A DNA stretch of 64,000 bases from Polyangiales bacterium. GTDB taxonomy: Bacteria; Myxococcota_A; Polyangia; Polyangiales; Ga0077539. The position numbers and the translations under genes were made by a program. Each line of letters starts with the position of its first letter. Within the stretch, counting starts at the first letter, position 1. The notes under the pieces were generated by a model, which was not told the origin of the DNA, made no database searches, and worked only from the letters and a program-made list of their open reading frames with translations. The stretch is taken from positions 224,001 to 288,000 of the forward strand of contig JBGARZ010000012.1 in the NCBI GenBank assembly GCA_044229975.1, given 5' to 3'. This document shows, piece by piece, positions 1-8,941 of the stretch.

Positions 1-1003
1 CGGCGAGCGACGCCTCCGTCACCGCGGGCAGCGCCATCGGGCGCAGGTGCTGCGGCGGCCGCAACGCCACGAGCGCGCGCAGCGACGCATCACCCCCGTC
101 CCCTGCGATCTGCGCGGTGAGCTCCGCGACCGGAACGTTCCACACCCGCGAGCACGTCACCCGCCGCGCGACCGCTTCTTGAGCGTTGGGGTCCTGGTCC
201 TCCTGCAACTCGGGCCGCACCGGCACCCGCAGCGCGGTCGGCCGCTCGGGACACTGCCCACGCAGCACCACGCGGGTGAGCTCGTCGTCCATGGAGAAGC
301 CGCCCCCCCGCAGCGCGTGCGCCACGAAGATCACGCCTCCTGTGCGCTCTCGATCGGTGAGCACGTCGAGCAGCCCGTCGCGGTCGAGGTCACCGAGCCG
401 AACGCCCACTCCGCCAAAAGGCAGCGGCGCCACCGCGAGCCCCCCGTCAGCCGTGACCGAGATCACCGACCCCCGGCCGTTGTCGCAGGTCACCACCGCC
501 GACGGTCCACCCCCGACGCCCGGCTGTACGCCGAGCGCGGTGCCCTGGAAGCCCGGTGTGCTCGGGTCGTTCGCGCAGCCCGGCGGCGTCGCGCGCACGC
601 TCGTCCCATCGGGGCGCACAAACACCACCGCGACGCTGCGCGCCTCCAACGCCAGCGCCCACGCCCCCTCGGGCCCCCGAACGCACTCCCACCGCCGCCG
701 CACCTCCGCGCGCCGCGACGCCCCGTAGATCACCGGCACCGACTCGGTCCCGTGCGCCCTCACCACGGCGTCCCACTGCGCGAGCGACGCAGTGGTGAGC
801 GCCTCGCACGTCGCCTGGAGTGCGCTGCCCGGCGCAGGCGTCACCACGTCGTGCGCGTCCGCCGCGACGTCCGCCAGAACATCCCTCCTCGGGAGTCCGG
901 CGTCCGTCGCGGCGACGACGACATCAGCGGTGGGAGCGGCGGGTGGTTGGCGGCACGCCGTGAGCGCGACGAGGCCGATCGATGCGAGGTGGGTACGGGT
1001 CAC
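1..1003 (-). CDS. Putative lipoprotein, runs off the left edge of the window
   Basis: Hand translation from GTG at 1003 gives MTRTHLASIGLVALTAC (lipobox-like) and stays open to base 1. It includes GDLDRDGLLDV, an FG-GAP/EF-hand-like motif. Absent from the ORF track because no stop lies in the window. Confidence 0.6.
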   Translation of the reverse strand, partial: MTRTHLASIGLVALTACRQPPAAPTADVVVAATDAGLPRRDVLADVAADAHDVVTPAPGSALQATCEALTTASLAQWDAVVRAHGTESVPVIYGASRRAEVRRRWECVRGPEGAWALALEARSVAVVFVRPDGTSVRATPPGCANDPSTPGFQGTALGVQPGVGGGPSAVVTCDNGRGSVISVTADGGLAVAPLPFGGVGVRLGDLDRDGLLDVLTDRERTGGVIFVAHALRGGGFSMDDELTRVVLRGQCPERPTALRVPVRPELQEDQDPNAQEAVARRVTCSRVWNVPVAELTAQIAGDGGDASLRALVALRPPQHLRPMALPAVTEASLA

Positions 1004-1042
1004 GTCAGGTCATCTCCCAGCGAATGCCGGGACAGGACCTTC

Positions 1043-3448
1043 TCACGCCGCGGGGCGCAGCGCGTCGTCGTTGGCCTTCGCGGGCGAGCCCGGCGTGACC
1101 AGCACCTCGCCCGAGGAGCCCACGGGTTCGAGCGCCGCCGCGAGCACCTCGCGCATGTCGTCGGCGAAGATGAACTCCATCGCCTCGCGCACCGCCGTCG
1201 GCACGTCCTCCAGGTCGCGCTCGTTGCGCGCCGGGAGGATCACCCTCGCGATGCCCGCGCGGTGCGCCGCGAGCACCTTCGCCTTGATGCCGCCGACGGG
1301 CATCACCTTGCCGCGCAGCGTGCACTCGCCGGTCATCGCCGTGTCGGGCCGCACCCGCCGCCCGGTGAGCAGCGACGTCAGCGCCGTGAACATCGTCACG
1401 CCCGCGCTCGGCCCGTCCTTCGGAACCGCGCCCGCCGGCACATGGATGTGCACGTCGTGGCCGTCCATCACGTTGCCCGACAGCCCGAGCTCGTCCGCGT
1501 GGGAGCGCACATACGTGAGCGCCGCGCGGGCCGACTCCTTCATCACGTCACCGAGCTGCCCGGTGATCTCCAGACCGCCCTTGCCCGGCATGCGCGAGGT
1601 CTCGATGAAGAGGATGTCCCCGCCCACCGGCGTCCACGCGAGGCCCGTCGCCACGCCCGGCGCCGCCGTGCGCTCGGCCACGTCGCTGAAGAACTTCGCG
1701 CGCCCCAGGTACTTCGCCACGTCCGCCGCATCGACCACCACCTTGGTCGGCGCGTGGTCGGTGGCGCGGGCGACCTCCAGGGCGACGGCGCGCGTCACCT
1801 TGGTGATCTCCCGCGTGAGCTGCCTCACGCCCGCCTCGCGGGTGTAGTCGCGGGCGATGGTTCGGAGGCCCTCGTCGGTGATGGTGAGCACCTCGTCGGG
1901 GATCGCGTGCTCCTTGCGCTGCTTGGGCACCAGGTGCTGCCGCGCGATCTGCACCTTCTCCTCGGTCGTGTAGCCCTGGAGCTCGATGATCTCCAGGCGG
2001 TCACGCAGCGGCGCAGAGATGGCCCCGAGGTCGTTGGCCGTGCACAGGAAGAGCACCTCCGACAGGTCGAAGGGGATCTCCAGGTAGTGGTCGGTGAACG
2101 ACTTGTTCTGCTCCGGGTCGAGCACCTCCAGCAGGGCAGCCTCGGGCGACCCGCCCCACCCGCTGGTGAGCTTGTCGATCTCGTCGAGCAGCACCACGGC
2201 GTTGCGCGCCTTGGCCTTCTTGAGCGCGTTCAGCAGCCGACCGGGCATCGCGCCGACGTAGGTGCGGCGGTGACCGCGAATCTCCGCCTCGTCGCGCACG
2301 CCGCCCAGCGAGATGCGCACGAAGGGTCGCCCCGTCGCGTCGGCGATGGACTGCCCGAGCGAGGTCTTGCCCACGCCCGGCGGACCCGCGAGGCACAGGA
2401 TCGTCCCCCGCGCGTTGCCCGTGAGCTTGAGCACGGCCATGTGTTCGAGGATGCGCTTCTTCACGTCGTCGAGGCCGGCGTGGTCGGCGTCGAGCTGCTT
2501 CGCGACGGCGTCGACGTCGTCCTTCGCGACGGAGCGCTTCGACCACGGCAGGTCGGCGATGAGCTCCAGGTAGTTGCGGATGACGTGCGCCTCCGCCTGC
2601 TGGCCGTTCATGGACTCCAGGCGGCGCAGCTCGCGGTCGGCGACGATGCGCGCGTCCTCCGAGAGCCCGGCGTCGTCGAGCTTCTTCTTGAGCGCTTCGA
2701 GGGAGGCATCGCCGTCCTGGTCGTCGCCGATCTCCTTCTTCAGCGCGCGAATCTGCTCGCGCACGATGGCGTCGCGCTGGTTGCGGTTGACCTCGCGGCG
2801 CACGTCCTGATCGATCTTCGACTTGATGTCGTTGAGCGCGCGGGCCTCGGAGACCAGGCTCGCGACGAGGCGCAGCCGGGCGCCCACCTCGGTCTCGCGC
2901 AGCACGCTGAGCTCCTTGTCGGAGGCTAGGCCCATGAGCGCCGCGACCTGGTCGGCCACGAGCCCGGGGTTGTCCTCGTCGGCCTGGACGGCGCCGAGCG
3001 TCCCGCCGTTGCGGGCGGCGAGCTCGGTGACGTGCTGCTTGAGCGACTGCGCCAGGAGCCGCGCCTCGGCGGGGTCGCTGACGGTCTCTTCGAGGGCCTC
3101 ACCCTCGGCCTGCCAGTACGGCTCGCTGCGCGCGAGGCCCGTCAGGCGAAAGCGGCTCAGGCCCTCCAGCACCACGCGGTAGCCCCGCTCGCGGGTGCGC
3201 TCGATCTGAACGATCCGAGCAACGGTCCCGACTTCATGGAGGTCGCCGAGGGAGGGGTCGGCCACGCCGGCCACCCGCTGGCTCACGACGCCGAGGATGG
3301 CGCGGGGGCCGAGGTCATCGAGCATGGCCACGGAGCGGCTGCGGCCCACCGGAAGCGTGAGGGTCGTGCCGGGAAACAGGGTTCCGCTGCGAAGGGGCAG
3401 CAGGGCAAAGGGGGCGCGAGGCATCACGGTGTCGTTTCGCTGGCTCAT
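1043..3448 (-). CDS. lon: ATP-dependent Lon protease (endopeptidase La)
   Basis: LON N-domain (LLPLR..LFPG), Walker A GPPGVGKTS, GHRRTYVGAMPG, LLDEIDK, catalytic PKDGPSAG and GGIKAK. Start placed at MSQRND, which follows AAGGAG. Confidence 0.97.
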   Translation of the reverse strand: MSQRNDTVMPRAPFALLPLRSGTLFPGTTLTLPVGRSRSVAMLDDLGPRAILGVVSQRVAGVADPSLGDLHEVGTVARIVQIERTRERGYRVVLEGLSRFRLTGLARSEPYWQAEGEALEETVSDPAEARLLAQSLKQHVTELAARNGGTLGAVQADEDNPGLVADQVAALMGLASDKELSVLRETEVGARLRLVASLVSEARALNDIKSKIDQDVRREVNRNQRDAIVREQIRALKKEIGDDQDGDASLEALKKKLDDAGLSEDARIVADRELRRLESMNGQQAEAHVIRNYLELIADLPWSKRSVAKDDVDAVAKQLDADHAGLDDVKKRILEHMAVLKLTGNARGTILCLAGPPGVGKTSLGQSIADATGRPFVRISLGGVRDEAEIRGHRRTYVGAMPGRLLNALKKAKARNAVVLLDEIDKLTSGWGGSPEAALLEVLDPEQNKSFTDHYLEIPFDLSEVLFLCTANDLGAISAPLRDRLEIIELQGYTTEEKVQIARQHLVPKQRKEHAIPDEVLTITDEGLRTIARDYTREAGVRQLTREITKVTRAVALEVARATDHAPTKVVVDAADVAKYLGRAKFFSDVAERTAAPGVATGLAWTPVGGDILFIETSRMPGKGGLEITGQLGDVMKESARAALTYVRSHADELGLSGNVMDGHDVHIHVPAGAVPKDGPSAGVTMFTALTSLLTGRRVRPDTAMTGECTLRGKVMPVGGIKAKVLAAHRAGIARVILPARNERDLEDVPTAVREAMEFIFADDMREVLAAALEPVGSSGEVLVTPGSPAKANDDALRPAA

Positions 3449-3681
3449 GTGTGGGGACTCCTTCGCGATCATTTGGACGCAGGCGCACGTTCGCGATCGG
3501 AGTCACACTCACCCGCTGTGAGTTGCACCCCTACCGCTCACGCCGTCGCTCCCGCCGCTCATCCCCTGGTGTGCATCGACGACATCCATCGGGTCGTCGC
3601 AGGGCTGTTTGTTCGAGAGTGAACGGAAACTAAATTCGTTCACGGCTTCGTCAAGACTCAGAGTCGTCGACGGCTCGATCG

Positions 3682-3720
3682 TTTCAATTGTGAAATACAT
3701 TTCATCCACATTTGAAATGT
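3682..3720. promoter_or_regulatory. AT-rich inverted repeats, candidate enhancer or regulator binding sites
   Basis: TTTCA-ATTG-TGAAA (3682-3695) and ACATTTCA-N8-TGAAATGT (3697-3720) in the intergenic region upstream of lon. Confidence 0.45.
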
Positions 3721-3770
3721 CCGGGAGTCGGACACTTGTCCATGCTCTTGAAAGCAGGGACTTCGACCCT

Positions 3771-3785
3771 TGGCACGGACCCTGC
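3771..3785 (+). promoter_or_regulatory. Sigma54 (-24/-12) promoter candidate
   Basis: TGGCACGGACCCTGC: TGGCAC with exact GG-N10-GC spacing. Confidence 0.6.
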
Positions 3786-3796
3786 GATGTGTGTAC

Positions 3797-3856
3797 TCGG
3801 CGGCGGCGCCGGCGTCCTCCCCCCCCAACGCCATTGGTGCCGTCGCTTTATTAATT
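3797..3856 (+). ncRNA. Candidate small RNA: GC stem with C-rich loop and U-rich tail
   Basis: Begins about 12 nt after the -12 element. Stem 3800-3810 pairs with 3836-3846 (G-U pairs work only on the + strand), inner stem GGCGT/ACGCC, loop CCT followed by C8, then TTTATTAATT. Confidence 0.5.
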
Positions 3857-3891
3857 CTGCTTCCTCGCCAGAAGCAGTGTCCGCCCGAGAC

Positions 3892-6144
3892 TCAGGGGGC
3901 GCGGACACCCAGGCGATCTTCGACGAAGGTGAACATGCGCGTCAGGCGCCGGAGTTCATCGGAACGCTGGGTTCCGGCTCCGTGCCCGACGTTGCGCTGC
4001 ATGTAGAAGAGCACCGGGGCGTCGCTGGTGGTCTCGTCCTGGAGGCGAGCGGCGAACTTCGTCGAGTGTCCCCAGTGGACGCGGGTGTCGTGGTCGGCCG
4101 TCTCGATCCAGGCGGCGGGGTATCGCACGGCCGGGCTGACCCGATGATAGGGCGAGTACGCGTGGAGCCAACGGAACGCGTCGGGCTGGGCAGGGTCGCC
4201 GTACTCGCTGGTCCAGATCTCGGCCGGGGGAAAGTGCGCGAAGCGAACCATGTCGTAGAGGCCGACGCCCGCGAAGGTGGCCGCGAAGGTGTCGGGCGCG
4301 CGGGTGAGCATCGCGCCCATGAGCAGCCCGCCATTGGAGGCGCCGTTGATGGCGATGCGCTCGGGTGAGCTCCAGCGGCTGGTGGAGAGCCAGCGCAGCA
4401 CGGCCTCGAAGTCTTCGAAGACGCGCTCCTTGTTGCCCATGGCGCCGGCGCGGTGCCAGTCCTCGCCGAACTCCGATCCGCCGCGCAGGTTGGCCACGAC
4501 GTAGATGCCGCCGCGTTCGAGCCAGTAGATGGGGTCGCGACGGAAGGTCGGGAGCAACGGGACGTTGAAGCCACCGTACCCATACAGGAGCACGGGGTTG
4601 TGGCCGTCCTGGGTGGCGGCGCGCGGGCGGAGGATGAAGGCGTTGATGGGGGTTCCGTCGCGAGAGGGGACGGAGGCGCGCTCCATGACGAAGCGGGAGT
4701 AGTCGACGTCGCTGGTGGCGTGGTCGAGGGTGGCGGGACGGAGCCCCGTGGGCCGCGCATCGACCGCGAGCACCGCCGACGGCTCGAAGAACGACTGAAA
4801 CCCGAAGGTCACGAAGGGACTGTCCCCATTGGAGACCACGGTGGGCGCGCTGCCCTCGGCGGGGAGCGGGATGTCGCGGGGATCGGTTCCGTCGAGGGTG
4901 TACGAGCGGAGGTGGGAGGCGATGTTTTCGAGGTGCGAGGTGACGAGCCGGTCGCCCGCGAGGGTGAAGTCTTCGAGCGGGTGCTGACCCTGGGCGATGA
5001 CCGTGCGCCACGCACCACCCGACGCGGGCACCGATGGCGTCGCCGCGGGCAGCATGAGCTGCGCGGCAGGCGCGGCGTAGAGGGCGTAGCGGGGCGCCTG
5101 GTCGTTGCTGAGGACGAAGACCGTGCCGCGGTGGATGGTCGCGTGCGAGATGCTCTCGCGCCCGGTGATGACGGGCACCGCGCGAGGGAGCGCACCGCGG
5201 GCGACGGGGGCGCGACGATCGATGAGGTGGACCTCCGTGCGGCTCCAGCCCTTGAAGAGGTTGACCACCACGTAGCGACCGTCGCTGGAGACGTCGGGTG
5301 ATGGCGCGTCGGTGCGCTCGGTGGCCTCGTAGACGCGGACATCCGCGGTCCCGTCGGGGGCAGTTCGCAGACGGTGGAAGAACATCGCCCGCCAGTAGGA
5401 GTCCTCGTGGGCGGGGTCGTGGTGGGCTTCGCCCGCGCGGGGGTAGCGGGTGAAGTAGAAGCCGGACTCGTCGGGCAGCCACGAGAGGCGGCACCACTTG
5501 GCGTGAGCGATGGCCTCGGGGAGCATCTGCCCGGTGGTGACGTCGAGGACGTGCAGCACGGAGCGCTCGTCGCCGTTTTGCGAGAGGCCGAGGGCGAGGT
5601 AGCGGCCGCGCGGGGACGGGGTCATCCAGTCGACGGCGGTGCGATCACCGAGGGTGTGCGGGTCGAAGAGCTGCCGCGGGGCGGACCACGCTCCGGCCGC
5701 GTTGCGCTCGCTGACCATGACGACGGCCTGTTCGCGCTCGCCGTCGCGCTTTGTGTAGAAGATGCGCGAGCCGCCCATGGTGGCACCGCGGAGGTTGCCG
5801 ATGGCGAGGAGCTGGCCGAGGCGGCGCTCGATGTCGGGGCGCGGGTGGGCGGCGAGGTAGGCTTCGGAGCGGGCGTTCTGGGCGTCGACCCAGGCGGTGG
5901 TGACGGGGGATTCGGTCTCGAGGGCGCGGTAGGGGTCGGCGACCTCGGTGCCGTGGAGGGTCTCGGTGACGGCGCCGACGCGGGCGGGCGTGTTGATGGC
6001 GTCCGTCTCGCGCGCGGCGCGGGCGGGAGGCGCGGGGTTGGCGAGCGCGGGGGGCGCGGGCTCGGGGCCGGCCAGGACCGGCGGCGCGGCGTGGGCGCAC
6101 GAGAGGGCGACGAGGGGGAGAACGAGCCAGAGGGAACGACGCAT
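3892..6144 (-). CDS. Prolyl oligopeptidase (S9A), probable lipoprotein
   Basis: ADPYRALE, YGYGGFN, NLRGGSEFGEDWH, catalytic GASNGGLL, DHDTRV and GHGAG. Signal/lipobox MRRSLWLVLPLVALSC. Confidence 0.95.
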   Translation of the reverse strand: MRRSLWLVLPLVALSCAHAAPPVLAGPEPAPPALANPAPPARAARETDAINTPARVGAVTETLHGTEVADPYRALETESPVTTAWVDAQNARSEAYLAAHPRPDIERRLGQLLAIGNLRGATMGGSRIFYTKRDGEREQAVVMVSERNAAGAWSAPRQLFDPHTLGDRTAVDWMTPSPRGRYLALGLSQNGDERSVLHVLDVTTGQMLPEAIAHAKWCRLSWLPDESGFYFTRYPRAGEAHHDPAHEDSYWRAMFFHRLRTAPDGTADVRVYEATERTDAPSPDVSSDGRYVVVNLFKGWSRTEVHLIDRRAPVARGALPRAVPVITGRESISHATIHRGTVFVLSNDQAPRYALYAAPAAQLMLPAATPSVPASGGAWRTVIAQGQHPLEDFTLAGDRLVTSHLENIASHLRSYTLDGTDPRDIPLPAEGSAPTVVSNGDSPFVTFGFQSFFEPSAVLAVDARPTGLRPATLDHATSDVDYSRFVMERASVPSRDGTPINAFILRPRAATQDGHNPVLLYGYGGFNVPLLPTFRRDPIYWLERGGIYVVANLRGGSEFGEDWHRAGAMGNKERVFEDFEAVLRWLSTSRWSSPERIAINGASNGGLLMGAMLTRAPDTFAATFAGVGLYDMVRFAHFPPAEIWTSEYGDPAQPDAFRWLHAYSPYHRVSPAVRYPAAWIETADHDTRVHWGHSTKFAARLQDETTSDAPVLFYMQRNVGHGAGTQRSDELRRLTRMFTFVEDRLGVRAP

Positions 6145-6180
6145 AGGGCGCGGAGAATCGCACATAACCCAGGGTGATCG

Positions 6181-6315
6181 GTGGGGAGGGGGCAGGGTTG
6201 AGGGTGGGGGGTAGGCAGGGTTGAGGGTGGGAGGGGGGAGGGTTGTCGCTGGGGGAGGAGCAGGGTGATCGCTGGGAGGGGGAGAGGGACATCGGTGGAG
6301 GGGATGGAGGGTCAT
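6181..6315. repeat. G-rich low-complexity tract with a direct repeat
   Basis: Many G3-G6 runs, with GGCAGGGTTGAGGGTGGG occurring twice, in the divergent intergenic region. Confidence 0.6.
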
Positions 6316-6479
6316 CCCTGGGGTTGAGAGAAAAACGACATCGGACACGAAACTCATCGCAACGGGGCCGACGACAAGAGCGCGTGACACGTCGGGAGCG
6401 TCCGCCGGTGAGCCGCCACAATGGTTGTGGCGCCGCCGACGGAGGGCCCGAGCGGGGTCATTCAAGAACGGAGTTCACC

Positions 6480-7052
6480 ATGAACACTTCCCGTACTCGC
6501 TCGTCGTCCATCACCACCATCACCACCACCACCACGCCGGACTTCGATGACACCATCGACCGGACGCGGAAGGCGCCCGCCATCGACGCGAGCGTCTTGC
6601 CGAAGTGCTCGGTGGGGTGGAGGCCCACCTCGCCCGAGGAGCGCAGCCGTCGACTGCGACACCTCTCCGAAGACAACCGCGCTGAAGCCATCGAGGCCGG
6701 TGAGGAGATCGTCGCCCTCGCCGAACACTACGAGAGCGACTTCGGCACGCTGGGCCCCGACCCCTCGAAGATCGCCTGGGTCATGGGCGAGCTCCAGCGC
6801 ACCCTCGACGCGGCCCACCGCATCGAGCAGCTCCGCGCGTTTCATGCCGAGCGCGCGGAGATCCTCACGCACGACCTCTTCGTCGCGCTCACGGAGGTGA
6901 ACCGTGAGTACGTCCACCGCGTCGACCGCGTCCCTGCGCTGGCCGAGCGGTACCGCAAGCTGCCCGCGCTCTTCGCCGCCATCAGCCGGGACATCACGGA
7001 GGGCATCGCCGCCGCCAACGCGAAGCGCGAGTCCGCCGCCCCGAAGGAGTGA
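6480..7052 (+). CDS. Hypothetical alpha-helical protein
   Basis: ATG after GGAG, GC3-rich codons, Thr-rich N-terminus; no family recognised. Confidence 0.75.
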   Translation: MNTSRTRSSSITTITTTTTPDFDDTIDRTRKAPAIDASVLPKCSVGWRPTSPEERSRRLRHLSEDNRAEAIEAGEEIVALAEHYESDFGTLGPDPSKIAWVMGELQRTLDAAHRIEQLRAFHAERAEILTHDLFVALTEVNREYVHRVDRVPALAERYRKLPALFAAISRDITEGIAAANAKRESAAPKE

Positions 7053-7159
7053 CGGCGCCGCAGCGCTGTCGTCGCTCTCCTCCGCCTTCCCTTCCCTCTC
7101 TCCCCTCGACCATCCGCGGACGACGATCGGCGCCACGCGCTGATAGAGTCCGCCGCGCC

Positions 7160-7831
7160 ATGACGAAGCTCTCACTCGCGTCGGTGACGCTCGACGACCT
7201 CTCCGCGCTCGCGCGCCTGGAGAGCCGCGACCTGGACACCAGCCAGTGGGAAGCGTCCGTCGAGCCCCTCGACGACTCCACGCAGGAGCAGCTCCGTTAC
7301 CTCGCGACGAAGCTCGCGGCGACCCGATCGACCACCCTCAACGAGGCGACCATCTGGTCGCGCGCGATCTACCCGCTGCTCGAACTGGCCGAGACCGACC
7401 AGGTGCGCGCCTGGGCCGAGGTTCCGCTCGCCGCCCGGGACCCGTACTCCGAGACGGAGCTCGCGGGCATCGTCGATGGGGTGCTCGCCGTCGAGGGTGT
7501 GCTCGCCGGGGCGCCGGGGGTGCCGTTTCTGTTGGTGGTCGAGGCGAAGCGCGGGATGGACGGGGTCGACCCGCGGCCGCAACTCATCGGCGCGCTGCTC
7601 GCGGTGCTCTGGTCGGAGCTCGTTCGCGGGGGCGGCGACGCCGCGGAGTCCTACGGGTGCTTCACCGTCGGCGACATCTGGACCTTCGTTCGCGCCGAGG
7701 CCCGCGTCGGGTCGGCGGGAGGGGCCGGACCGCGGCTCGGGGTCACGCTCTCGTGGTCGCGCGAGTACGCCGAACGCACCGAGGCATTGGTGATACTCCG
7801 CGCGCTCCGGCACATCGCACGTCGCAGGTAG
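7160..7831 (+). CDS. Hypothetical protein, PD-(D/E)XK nuclease-like fold
   Basis: Pattern E...GIVDGVL...LVVEAKRG...PQL...YGCFTVGDIWTF resembles restriction-endonuclease-like proteins. Confidence 0.65.
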   Translation: MTKLSLASVTLDDLSALARLESRDLDTSQWEASVEPLDDSTQEQLRYLATKLAATRSTTLNEATIWSRAIYPLLELAETDQVRAWAEVPLAARDPYSETELAGIVDGVLAVEGVLAGAPGVPFLLVVEAKRGMDGVDPRPQLIGALLAVLWSELVRGGGDAAESYGCFTVGDIWTFVRAEARVGSAGGAGPRLGVTLSWSREYAERTEALVILRALRHIARRR

Positions 7832-7884
7832 CGTCGCCGCGATTGACGCCCACCACGGCGCCCGGCATACCCCTCCCCCCGGTC

Positions 7885-8931
<1,047 letters not shown>

Positions 8932-8941
8932 GAACCCCGTC

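Noticed and set aside
47..2929. 960-aa + strand ORF and other long antisense ORFs (8663-11935, 12406-14193, 31659-33473, 43387-45312, 54363-56369)
   Set aside because: Shadow frames of well-supported genes on the opposite strand; high GC suppresses stop codons and the translations are Arg/Pro-rich without motifs.
3509..3709. 66-aa ORF upstream of lon
   Set aside because: Atypical codon usage, no recognisable motif, and it overlaps the putative regulatory inverted repeats; cannot be supported.
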